A stretch of 56,675 bases of DNA from an uncultured Planctomycetales bacterium (GCA_964615635.1 CAZTQK010000002.1:1-56675); one strand, 5' to 3'. Shown: positions 41,771 through 50,833, counted from the stretch's first letter. Program-made: numbers and translations. The notes: generated by a model from the sequence alone, not told the origin.

Positions 41771-41815
41771 GCCGCCAGTGCCGATCAGGCAAATCGTCGC
41801 CGACGCGCCGGCGGA

Positions 41816-42670
41816 TCAGTATTCCGTCAAAGGCACAAACCCGATAGCTTCGATCATCTCCTGCCCCTTCTTACTCAGGTACAGGTTGATGAAATTGTAC
41901 AGATGACTGCCCATTGCCGGATAGCCGTTGGTGAACAGGAACAATGGCCGGGCGATCGGGTATCGGCCCGAGGCCACCGTGGCTTTGGTCGGCATGATCT
42001 TGTCGATCTCAAGGGTCTTGACCGTCCGGTCGGTAAAGCCGATGCCGACGTAACCGATAGCCCCTTGCGTGGACTGGACGCGCTGGCGGATCGCGCCGCT
42101 GCTGCCGACGTACTCCACCGAACCAGCCATTTTCTCCTTGTTCATGACCAGAGTCTCAAAACTCTCGTAAGTGCCGCTGCTGCTGTCCCTGCTGATGACG
42201 ACGATCTTGGCGTTCGGCCCGCCGACCTGGTTCCAGTTCGTGACCTTGCCGGTGTAGATGTCGCGAACCTGTGCCACCGTCAATCCTTTGACAGGGTTGC
42301 TGGGGTGCACGACGACGGCGATCCCGTCGACGGCCACTGTGTGGCATACGGGCGTAACGCCTTTCTCGATTGCCGTCTTAAACTCCTCCTCCTTCATGAA
42401 CCGCGACATGGAGGCCACATCACACGTGCCGTTGACCAGTGACTTGGCCCCGTTGCCGCTGCCCGACTCGCTCACGGTGATGTTCACGCCGGGGTTCTGT
42501 TTCATGTAGTACTCGGCGAACGCTTTGGCGACCGGGCCGACAGTGGTCGAACCGTCGATGACGATCTTGTTCTTGGCCTTGCCCTGGGCTTGGGCGTAAG
42601 TCACATCGACACACAGAGCACCGGCCGCCACGAATGCCGACGCAGCCGCAACACTCGTCCACTTCCTCAT
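41816..42670 (-). CDS. pstS: phosphate ABC transporter substrate-binding protein PstS
   Basis: Signal peptide MRKWTSVAAASAFVAAGALC. Contains IDGSTTVGP, SGSGNG and ISRDSSSGTY, the PstS/PBP-like motifs. Confidence 0.9.
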   Translation of the reverse strand: MRKWTSVAAASAFVAAGALCVDVTYAQAQGKAKNKIVIDGSTTVGPVAKAFAEYYMKQNPGVNITVSESGSGNGAKSLVNGTCDVASMSRFMKEEEFKTAIEKGVTPVCHTVAVDGIAVVVHPSNPVKGLTVAQVRDIYTGKVTNWNQVGGPNAKIVVISRDSSSGTYESFETLVMNKEKMAGSVEYVGSSGAIRQRVQSTQGAIGYVGIGFTDRTVKTLEIDKIMPTKATVASGRYPIARPLFLFTNGYPAMGSHLYNFINLYLSKKGQEMIEAIGFVPLTEY

Positions 42671-42821
42671 CTCTACAGTCTCCTTGCTTCTCCAACCGTG
42701 TATTGACGTTTGTTCTCGAATCCGCAGGTGTGAGGCGCGCCCGATGCGGGCCGTTGAGGCGTCGCCTCGATTGCGCGCCTCACATCATCACTGTAGGTGG
42801 ACCCTGTTAGGGCTGCGTTGT

Positions 42822-42846
42822 TCAAGTGTTAAGAACAGGTTAAACT
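42822..42846 (-). promoter_or_regulatory. candidate Pho box upstream of pstS
   Basis: The minus strand reads AGTTTAACCTGTTCTTAACACTTGA. TTAACC and TTAACA are direct repeats with an 11-bp period, about 155-175 nt upstream of the pstS ATG. 14/20 positions are identical to a site upstream of phoB. Confidence 0.4.
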
Positions 42847-42921
42847 TGCTGGACCCGACCCCGATTCATGATCGGCGATTGGCGTGAACGCGGTCTGCTT
42901 GACCGAAAATGAATAGCAGTC

Positions 42922-44814
42922 TCACAGATCTTGGGGGATGCTGATCGTGACACACGTTCCCTCGCCCACCCTGCTGGTCAGGGTGACGCGGCCGTGCATG
43001 GCGGCCACGGCGTGCCGAACAATGGACAGGCCCAGGCCGGTGCCGCGGTCGGGACCGCTGCGGGCTTTCTCGACCTGGTAGAATCGCTCGAAGACACGCT
43101 CCTGTTCCTCCTCGGCGATGCCGCAGCCCGTGTCTTCGACCGAGATGTTGATCCCCTCGACCTTGCCGGCTTCGTTCATCACCCCTTGGGAACAGATCTG
43201 CACGCGGCCGCCCGGGCCGGTGAACTTGATCGCGTTGTCCACCAGGTTGTCGAGCACGACACGCAGCAGATGGGGGCTGGCCGTGACGGTCCGCAGTTCC
43301 GGGTCGGTCTTGAGTGACCACTCAAGGTTCTTGGCGGCGAGTTTCTCGGCAAAGCGGGCCTGGAGCTCGTCCAGAACTGCCGGCAGCACGAGCGTCTGCG
43401 GCTTGAACTGGCCGGGAGACGATTCGATTCGCGACAAGTCGAGCAGATCGGACACCATCTGCTGCATTCGGGCGCTGTGGCGGTCAATCATGCTCAAGAA
43501 TCGCTTTGCGGAATCCTGATCTTTCTCGAAATCGAGGCCCAGCAGAGTCTCGACGGCGGCTCGGATCGCAGACAGCGGCGTCCGAAGTTCGTGTGAGGCA
43601 TTGGCCGCAAAATCCGTCTTGATCCGGACCATTCGGCTGATTTGGGTGATGTCCGACAATACGAGCATCCGGCCCACATCCGGCCGTTCGGACGACCCGC
43701 CGGTGGCCGCGGGTACAGGCAGCACAATGTCCGACGCGCGGGCCATCAGCACGATTTCGCCATTCTCCTCCTCGACCTGCACCCGGACCTCACTGGAGGC
43801 TGAAGACCCGGTCGGAGGCTTGTGATCTCGAATGTTGTCGCCCGCCGGCTGCGGATCGGATAGCAGCATCTTCTGCAAGTTATGCTGCAAGACGCACTGC
43901 TCGACGGCCTGTCCCTTCAGCGATTGCGCTCGGTCGGCAGGGTCGCCGCTGATACCCAGCATCCGGACGGCCGACGGGTTCATCAGTAGTACACGTCCGT
44001 TGCTGCCCGCCACGATGACACCTTCGTGGAGTTGGGCCAGCAGCGACTCCAGTGTACGCCGCTGGCGGTCGATTGTGGCCAGTTGATCGGCGATGTGATC
44101 TCGCATGTCGTTGAGCGAGGCGGCAAGCACGGCCAGTTCATCGGTGCCGGTCACTCGGGCTCTGGTCGATAAGTCTCCCTTCGACAGGCTGCGGGCAATG
44201 ACAGTGATCCGCCGGATGGGCCAGCTCCACAAACGAGCCAGACCAAGGGCAAACAGAATTGCCGCGATCGCCCCCAGCAGCACGGTGGTCCAAATGATCC
44301 GTCCAAACGCGTTAGCCCTGGCCGTGATCATGCGAACCGGCATCGAGACGCGAATGACACCCGACGGGGCGTCCGCAGGCCCGACCCGAAGCGCGCCGTA
44401 CCTCCGGAAATGCCCGAGAGTCTCCGAGTAATGGGTCTCTTCACCCCAGCCTGCGGCCATCGCCTGTATGACCTCGGAGCGAGCGGTGTGTGACTCCATC
44501 TTCTTGGGATCGGCTTCCGAGTCTGCCAGGACCCGGCCATTGGGCAGAATGAGGGTGATCCGCACCTGATTGTCGGTGGCGATGCCGATTTGTTTGGCCG
44601 ACCGGTCCAGCTCATCAGCCCGGTCGGGACTGAACTGATCGCGGATCACCGACTCCAGCAGGTAGGCATGAAACCGAAGCTCCTGACTGATTTGCTCGGT
44701 ATGGGCTTTCTGAACATGCTGGACAATCAGGTACGCACACGTCCCGAGAACGGCGATGATCAGCAGCGTGTTCCCAAGAAACAACTTCCAGAACAGTGAG
44801 CGCGGGCGTCTCAT
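42922..44814 (-). CDS. phoR: phosphate-regulon-type sensor histidine kinase (PhoR-like; TM-HAMP-PAS-HisKA-HATPase)
   Basis: H-box FAANASHELRTPLSAI, N-box DNLVDNAIKFT and G-boxes VEDTGCGI / GTGLGLSIV. It lies adjacent to phoB and the pst operon. Confidence 0.85.
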   Translation of the reverse strand: MRRPRSLFWKLFLGNTLLIIAVLGTCAYLIVQHVQKAHTEQISQELRFHAYLLESVIRDQFSPDRADELDRSAKQIGIATDNQVRITLILPNGRVLADSEADPKKMESHTARSEVIQAMAAGWGEETHYSETLGHFRRYGALRVGPADAPSGVIRVSMPVRMITARANAFGRIIWTTVLLGAIAAILFALGLARLWSWPIRRITVIARSLSKGDLSTRARVTGTDELAVLAASLNDMRDHIADQLATIDRQRRTLESLLAQLHEGVIVAGSNGRVLLMNPSAVRMLGISGDPADRAQSLKGQAVEQCVLQHNLQKMLLSDPQPAGDNIRDHKPPTGSSASSEVRVQVEEENGEIVLMARASDIVLPVPAATGGSSERPDVGRMLVLSDITQISRMVRIKTDFAANASHELRTPLSAIRAAVETLLGLDFEKDQDSAKRFLSMIDRHSARMQQMVSDLLDLSRIESSPGQFKPQTLVLPAVLDELQARFAEKLAAKNLEWSLKTDPELRTVTASPHLLRVVLDNLVDNAIKFTGPGGRVQICSQGVMNEAGKVEGINISVEDTGCGIAEEEQERVFERFYQVEKARSGPDRGTGLGLSIVRHAVAAMHGRVTLTSRVGEGTCVTISIPQDL

Positions 44815-44839
44815 CGGCCGTACCTTTCAGGGCGAAGGA

Positions 44840-45535
44840 TCAGGGGCTGTCGCGGAAAGCGTACCCGACACCACGGATTGTCTGTAGCCACCGGGCAGCC
44901 TTGCCCAGTTTCTTGCGAAGGGCCGTCACGTGAACGTCAACCGTTCGGTCCGTCACAGCGACCCCAACGCCCATGACGGTCTCGATGAGATGGCCTCGAC
45001 TCAGAACTCGCCCATTGGCAGCCATGAGCGTCCTCAGAAGGCGGAATTCCGTCGCGGTCAATTGGACCTGTGAGCCGGCCACCGTGACCTCGTGTCGGCT
45101 GCTGTCCAGGCAGACAGGGCCCTTTGTCAGAACCTCTTGCTCGGTCGAAGCGATTTCCACGCGTCGAAACATCACGGCCACCCGGGCCAGGAGCAGTTTC
45201 ATCGAGAACGGCTTGGTGATGTAGTCGTCTGCGCCGAGGCTCAGGCCGACCAACTGGTCGGCCTCCTCGGCCTTGGCGGTCAGCATGATGACGGGAATCG
45301 AAGCCACGCGATTGTCCCGCTTCAGATGCGTGATGAACTCGTCACCCGACATTCCCGGCAGCATCCGATCGAGGAGGATCAGGTCCGGAGGATGCGCAAC
45401 CGCCTCGGCCAGAGCCGACCCACCGTTGGATACGACCCGGCAAGCATACCCCTCGCGTTCCATGTTGTGACGGACCAGCTCCGCCAGATCGGTCTCATCC
45501 TCGACCACGAGAATGCTTCTCTTTCTTGCCGCCAT
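44840..45535 (-). CDS. phoB: OmpR/PhoB-family response regulator
   Basis: Start at MAARKRSILVVEDETDLAEL. The receiver domain has DLILLDRMLPGMSG. The winged-helix domain has LTATEFRLLRTLM...VDVHVTALRKKL...IRGVGYAF. Confidence 0.85.
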   Translation of the reverse strand: MAARKRSILVVEDETDLAELVRHNMEREGYACRVVSNGGSALAEAVAHPPDLILLDRMLPGMSGDEFITHLKRDNRVASIPVIMLTAKAEEADQLVGLSLGADDYITKPFSMKLLLARVAVMFRRVEIASTEQEVLTKGPVCLDSSRHEVTVAGSQVQLTATEFRLLRTLMAANGRVLSRGHLIETVMGVGVAVTDRTVDVHVTALRKKLGKAARWLQTIRGVGYAFRDSP

Positions 45536-45667
45536 CAGCACACGCCTCTTGCATCGCAGACAGGACGCAGGTCGCCTCGACCGTTCGTCCCCGATTGTCA
45601 TTCCCCCCCTTTTGCATCAACCGAGAGAGCCCCTTTTACAAACATTTCATTAATCTGGCGCGACGAT

Positions 45668-45688
45668 CAGATTAGGAACTGGTTAAAG
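45668..45688 (-). promoter_or_regulatory. candidate Pho box upstream of phoB
   Basis: The minus strand reads CTTTAACCAGTTCCTAATCTG, about 135-150 nt upstream of the phoB ATG. It shares the core TTTAACCnGTTCyTAA with the pstS site. Confidence 0.35.
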
Positions 45689-46058
45689 ATACATGCCTTG
45701 CCCTGCCCAAGATCAGATTCCGTTTATCGGACATTGTCATGCCGGGCGGGCAGAACGCAAGTCCGGTGTCCGGGGACGGTTTGCGGCTTGTCCCAACGCC
45801 GGACGGTCCTCCAGGCTTCTGATCGGTCGAATCGACAACGTCCGGGAATAAGTCGTGTGGCAAGACAGGGATGCTGACACTGCCGGCCGCCTTGGGCGGA
45901 CATGGAAGCGACAACTCCGCCGGTGTTTCGGGGCCCGAGAACAAGCGCAAAACAAACCTTCCGGATGGCCGTTTTCGCACCCCGGTAACTTAGGTCCGAG
46001 AAGGCAATGTCCGATTATCTGTGCAGGAACTTCCCCAGGGACGGTGAGGCGTACACGC

Positions 46059-49000
46059 ATGTACAACGAGTTCTACCATCTGACCGAGAACCCATTTTCC
46101 GATTCGATCGACCCGCAGTTTTTCTACGCGCCGAGCGAATACGAGGAAATCCTGTCAACCCTCATCGAGAACGTGGGCCGGCGGCGAGGCGTGTCGATCG
46201 TCACGGGGCCGGCCGGCAGCGGCAAGGATCTGATCGCTCAAGTACTGGCTCAGACGATGGATTACGACAAGAGCCTTCCGATCAGGCTGCGAGCGCCGGC
46301 CAGCCCTCAGGCGCTGCTTCTGAATCTGTGCCGCGGTCTGGGCGTGAGCTGCAGTGCGACGATGTCCGCCGAAAAGCTGCTGCAAAGGGCCGAGCTTCAT
46401 CTGCTGTCACAGCTCAGCCAGCATCGCGACGTGGCGGCGATCATCAATGATGCGGAGGGTATCTCCCGAGAAACAGGCGAGTGGGTCCTCAGACTGGCAC
46501 GTCTCGAGCGAGACGGAAGTCGCCTCCTGCCGGTCGTCCTGCTGGGCAAGCCGGACTTGCAGGAGCGGATCACCGCCGGGGAACTCGATCTTCTCGAAGG
46601 GGAGGTCTGCTGCTGCCGCCAGATTCCGCCGCTGAGTCGGGATCAGACCCGCGACTTCCTCGAATACCGGCTGCGGCTCGCCAACGCCGACAACCCTTCG
46701 CTGTTCACCACCGACGCCGTGCACCTGATCTACGAGGAATCGGGCGGCGTTCCCGGGTTGATCAATCGGATCGCAGAGCAGGCCTTGAAGGACGCGGCTG
46801 CCGAATCGGCGCCCACCGTTGACAGTGAGATCGTCGCCGGCTGCATCGGAAAGGCGATGGCCATGCAATTCGAAGAGATCTTTGATTCATCGCAAGAGGG
46901 ACCCATGGATACGAGGACAAATACCGGTGAGACGTCGTCGGCTGCTCATGACGCGAACGCCTCGGCCGGACAGACGCAGGACTCGGGGCTGGCCGGCGGC
47001 ATTGACCGTGATGCCATCCGCGCGATCACCGAACAGCGGGCACAGGCCCGCATGCTGCTCGACCGGACCATCAAGCAGTGCCGCGAGTTGCACGAACAGG
47101 TCCAGCAGCAGGCTCGCATCGCTGATGCCAAATTGTGCAGCGCCGAGAGTGTCGCGGACTACCTCCGTGATCTGCACAAGGACCTGGCGGCCAACTACAA
47201 TCCGGAAACGCTGCAAACCTTCGATACCAAGAGCCTGCAGTTGCGCGAGGTGATTGAACGCGCCGACCGGCGGCAAGAGGAATTGGGGAGCGCATCGGTC
47301 ACCGTGGAGTCGCTGCGTGACGAAGTCATGGACTGGACTCATCGGGCGGCCGAAGCTCACAGCACGCTGCTTCGTAGTTCGCAGTCGGCTAAGGCCAGAC
47401 AGATCGAGGTCAGCGGCGCTGCCGAGCGGGCCGAACAAGCCCGCGAGACCCTCGAAACGGCGACCCAGACAGCCGTCAGCCTTGTCGATAAGGTTTCCGG
47501 CCTTTCGCAGCGAATCGACGAGCAAACCGCGACCTTCGACCGAAGAATCAGCGAGATGCGACAGGTCGTCGTCGATCTCGAATCGCTATACGAGAAGGCC
47601 CTGGCGCTCACCACCGGGCAGATGGAGTCGGCGACGACACTCGCCCGCCGTATTGATGAGCAGACGCAGGTGTTCAACGATCGGTTAGCGGATGCCGAGA
47701 GCGCGACAACGCGGCTGCTGGATGTGCACGACCGGGCCACGGCCGCGACCAATGAGCAGTTGCAGGCGGGGTCGGAGCTGGCCCAACGCATGCAGGATCA
47801 GACGACGGCTTTCGACAATCGGATGGAGAGCGCCAAGGGAATCGCCTCGGCCCTTGATGACGCCTGTGATCGAGCAGTCGCGGCTGCGGATCGACAACTG
47901 GAACAGGGTGAAGCGCTGGGCCGGCGCATCGACGAACAGACGCAGACCTTTGACAAGCGGGTTGCTGACTCGACGGTGGCCGCCAATCGCCTGGACGAGA
48001 TGCTCCTTGCCTCAGACATGGTGTTCGAGCGGATCGAACAGCAGGCACAGCGACTGAACGAACGAATCGCGGCATCGGACACGGTGGCGGCTCGCATGGA
48101 CGAGCACTACAACCGTGTCGGCCGGGTCGTTGATGAACAACTGCAGACGATCAACAATCTGGCAGGCCGTATCCAGTCGCAGGAGGATGCCCTGGGGGCC
48201 TACATCGGCCAGATGCAAAGCAACATGACGGCATTGAACGAGGCCTACGAGCGGGCCGACGCCGCCAGCAACCGCCACATCGAAGCCGCCGATGCACTGG
48301 CCGCACATGCCCGCGAGTACATGGAAGCGCTTGAAGCGCGCATCAACACGGCTCGTGCCGCGACAGGCCAATTGGAGGAGACCACCGCCCGATCGACCGA
48401 GGCCGTCGCCCGCCAGACGGAAGCGGCCGACGCCATGTCCGCGCGGTTCCAGGAACAGACAGCCGCGCTGAATTCCACCATTCAAAACGCCGGACAGGTG
48501 AGCGAGCAGCTCCAAGACGTTTACGGCAGGCTGTCTTCCAACGCGACGGCACAACTGGATGCCATGAATGCCCTGTCCGCCCGGGTTCAGGAGCGATCGC
48601 AGGCATTCGATGCCCGCGTCAGCGAGAGCCAGGCCGTCGTCGATCGGATCGAGGAAGCTTCGTCGCGAGCACTCGAGGCATCCAACCGACAAATGGAAAC
48701 CGCGAATGACACCCTGCAGCGACTGATGGACCAGACCGCCCGGATCGAATCGTGTATCACGACCGCAAAGGACACGACCGAGCATCTGGCCAACACCTAT
48801 GAGAAGACTTCGGCCAACAGCAGGAGACAGGTCGAAGCGGCCAACGCCCTGATCGACAAGATGCAGGAACAGATGCGAAACCTGAGCACTCAAACCGAAG
48901 ACGCTCGCAGTGCAGGGGAACACCTTGAAACGGTGACCGGTCGCACCACGGAAGCGGCTGCTCAACAGACCGAAGCGGTCAACGCCATGATTGACCGCGT

Positions 49001-49937
49001 GCGGGAGCAGATGGAGAACCTCGCCGGCCAGATCAACGACGCCCGCAAGACCGGCGAACACCTCGACAAGGTTTACGCGCGGGTGACCGAAACGGCCGCC
49101 AGCCAGGTGGAAGCGGCAAACGCCTTGGCCGGCCGGATCGGCGAGCAGGTCCAGGTGTTCGACTCGAAGACGACGGATGCCAGAGCGGTAGCCGATCGTC
49201 TGGACGAGGTGTATGCCCGCGTACAGGCCGGGGCCGCCGAGCAGGCCGCTGCCGCTGAGACGCTGACCAAGAAGATCCGCGAGCAGACGCAGTCGCTCGA
49301 TCGTTGGATCAAGGCTGCCAAGAACGCCAGCGATAATCTGCACGAGGTCTACACGATGACGACCGAAGCGGCCGACCGCCAGCGCGAGGCCGCGCACACC
49401 ATGATGGAGCGCATTCGCGAACAGTCACAGACCCTGGACAACCGAATCGCCGAACTGAAGTCGACCGTCGCGGGAACCGGAGAGCAGATCGATCGGATGA
49501 CGACGCTCACGGCGGAAGCCCGCACCGCAGCCTTCGATCTGTCCTTCAACTTGGCGCAAGTCCAGCAGCACGCGGAACTCGCCGAGGCCAGTTGCAGCAG
49601 CCGGATGCAGGATCTGACCGCCAAGCGAGCCGAAGCCGAGAACCAAGCCTCACAGTTGGAGTCGGTCCTTCGACGAGCTGAGAAGATGGCGACGGAGCTG
49701 CCCGTCCAGTTGGAGGCGTTCTTCGAGGTCCAGAAGCAGGTCGGAATGACGATCGAAACCCTCCAAGGGACCAGTATCCCGAGCGAGACCCGAAGCCGGC
49801 TGGCAGAGGCGGCAGACCGCTCCATCCGAGCGGTCCAGGCGGTCCGGGAAGGCAGCGAACCCCGTCGAGGCGGCGCGGATCGCATGCCGCCCAGCGGCGT
49901 CGCCGGTGAAACACCCACCGCTTCAACGACGATCTAA
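46059..49937 (+). CDS. ExeA/MshM-like AAA(+) N-domain fused to a ~950-aa alpha-helical repeat region
   Basis: Start at MYNEFYHLTENPFSDSIDPQFFY (ExeA-type N-terminus). P-loop TGPAGSGKDL. Also VVLLGKPDLQERI, GGVPGLINRI, then a Glu/Gln/Ala/Arg-rich repeat region. Confidence 0.85.
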   Translation: MYNEFYHLTENPFSDSIDPQFFYAPSEYEEILSTLIENVGRRRGVSIVTGPAGSGKDLIAQVLAQTMDYDKSLPIRLRAPASPQALLLNLCRGLGVSCSATMSAEKLLQRAELHLLSQLSQHRDVAAIINDAEGISRETGEWVLRLARLERDGSRLLPVVLLGKPDLQERITAGELDLLEGEVCCCRQIPPLSRDQTRDFLEYRLRLANADNPSLFTTDAVHLIYEESGGVPGLINRIAEQALKDAAAESAPTVDSEIVAGCIGKAMAMQFEEIFDSSQEGPMDTRTNTGETSSAAHDANASAGQTQDSGLAGGIDRDAIRAITEQRAQARMLLDRTIKQCRELHEQVQQQARIADAKLCSAESVADYLRDLHKDLAANYNPETLQTFDTKSLQLREVIERADRRQEELGSASVTVESLRDEVMDWTHRAAEAHSTLLRSSQSAKARQIEVSGAAERAEQARETLETATQTAVSLVDKVSGLSQRIDEQTATFDRRISEMRQVVVDLESLYEKALALTTGQMESATTLARRIDEQTQVFNDRLADAESATTRLLDVHDRATAATNEQLQAGSELAQRMQDQTTAFDNRMESAKGIASALDDACDRAVAAADRQLEQGEALGRRIDEQTQTFDKRVADSTVAANRLDEMLLASDMVFERIEQQAQRLNERIAASDTVAARMDEHYNRVGRVVDEQLQTINNLAGRIQSQEDALGAYIGQMQSNMTALNEAYERADAASNRHIEAADALAAHAREYMEALEARINTARAATGQLEETTARSTEAVARQTEAADAMSARFQEQTAALNSTIQNAGQVSEQLQDVYGRLSSNATAQLDAMNALSARVQERSQAFDARVSESQAVVDRIEEASSRALEASNRQMETANDTLQRLMDQTARIESCITTAKDTTEHLANTYEKTSANSRRQVEAANALIDKMQEQMRNLSTQTEDARSAGEHLETVTGRTTEAAAQQTEAVNAMIDRVREQMENLAGQINDARKTGEHLDKVYARVTETAASQVEAANALAGRIGEQVQVFDSKTTDARAVADRLDEVYARVQAGAAEQAAAAETLTKKIREQTQSLDRWIKAAKNASDNLHEVYTMTTEAADRQREAAHTMMERIREQSQTLDNRIAELKSTVAGTGEQIDRMTTLTAEARTAAFDLSFNLAQVQQHAELAEASCSSRMQDLTAKRAEAENQASQLESVLRRAEKMATELPVQLEAFFEVQKQVGMTIETLQGTSIPSETRSRLAEAADRSIRAVQAVREGSEPRRGGADRMPPSGVAGETPTASTTI
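47502..49538 (+). repeat. 15 tandem, in-register 46-residue (138-nt) coding repeats within the ExeA-like gene
   Basis: In ORF-track numbering, units begin at residues 550, 596, 642, 688, 734 (this unit is 35 aa), 769, 815, 861, 907, 953, 999, 1045, 1091, 1137 and 1183. Each unit opens with L/M-x-x-R-I/M/V-x-E/D-Q, for example LARRIDEQTQVF, LGRRIDEQTQTF, MIDRVREQMENL. Confidence 0.8.
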
Positions 49938-49974
49938 GCTTCATTGTGCGCGAATCAGTGAGCGGGGCGGATCG

Positions 49975-50131
49975 ACGTACGTGTTTGGCGTGCTGGGGTC
50001 TGGCTCTTTTTGCCCAAATGCGGTTCGCCGTGCAATCTGGAGTGGTTGGCTCAGTCAGGCGGGGGCTTGGCGGCGCGAAAAAGACGGCAAAAAGTGCCTG
50101 ACCCGCTGTCTTGCACGCTAAGCACGTACGG
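49975..50131. repeat. MITE-like repeat, family 2, copy 2
   Basis: ACGTACGTGTTTGGCGTGCTGGGGTCTGGCTCTTTTTGCC...AAAGTGCCTGACCCGCTGTCTTGCACGCTAAGCACGTACGG. It starts 38 nt after the stop of the ExeA-like gene. Confidence 0.8.
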
Positions 50132-50218
50132 ATCGTCGATCCGTCCCGTTTTAACAGATGAAAGGAGCGGAAGGGTCTTGGTGACCGATCCGCCCCTGGT
50201 GCATGCAGTTAATCTGTT

Positions 50219-50833
50219 TCAGTTGTGCCGGCCGTGGCCGTTAACCGGTTTCGCGGGCCGGGACGGGCCAGGGGAGCGACCGATTTCCACGATCGACTGC
50301 GTTTTCAGGATCGTGTAGTCCGCAGGGAATACATGGAACGACTGCACGTGCAGCTCCCGATCTCGGGCTTCATAGTCGATGAACGTGAACGGCACGAGCT
50401 CGTCACCCTGTGCCCATTCGGCAAACCGAACAAGCATCCCTCGCGTGCTGGCATACCTCACAAGGTCGCGGTGCGAAGCGTGGAAAAGATTCTGAGTCAT
50501 CCGTTCGACCTGGGTCGAGAGGATGTACTTCATGCCGTCGTCGAAATCCTCGACATGGTCGCGTTCACCCCGAAACTGGAACGAAGTCACAAGTCCATTC
50601 TGGGGAAGGACTTCCAGATCGTCGGTCGTTGCCTCGGTAACGCAGCGCGAGTCGGCCTGTACGGTGACCGCGTGCGAAAGCCCCATCACCCAGATGTCGG
50701 CCGAGTACGCGGGCCGCTCCAGGTGCCTGCTCTCATGAATGTGAAACAGCTCCGGGTGGAGCCGGCGGCGGTACAACACAAACTTGGCGTCCGCCACGCG
50801 CTGCAATGTTTGGCCCAGTTCCACGTTATCCAT
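50219..50833 (-). CDS. conserved-looking hypothetical protein
   Basis: Start at MDNVELGQTLQ. 204 aa, globular composition (FVLYRRRLHPELFHIHE...), no signal peptide. No motif I can name with confidence. Confidence 0.55.
   Translation of the reverse strand: MDNVELGQTLQRVADAKFVLYRRRLHPELFHIHESRHLERPAYSADIWVMGLSHAVTVQADSRCVTEATTDDLEVLPQNGLVTSFQFRGERDHVEDFDDGMKYILSTQVERMTQNLFHASHRDLVRYASTRGMLVRFAEWAQGDELVPFTFIDYEARDRELHVQSFHVFPADYTILKTQSIVEIGRSPGPSRPAKPVNGHGRHN

Noticed and set aside
48012-49397. 461-aa minus-strand ORF inside the ExeA-like gene, and comparable shadow ORFs at 639-1298, 2201-3232, 3608-4636, 6999-8168, 10027-11022, 10367-11419, 21555-22721, 24210-25094, 25209-26855, 27047-28300, 30894-31736 and 32004-32960
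   Set aside because: All overlap strongly supported genes on the opposite strand or in another frame, and all lack domain-like sequence. They are high-GC shadow ORFs.
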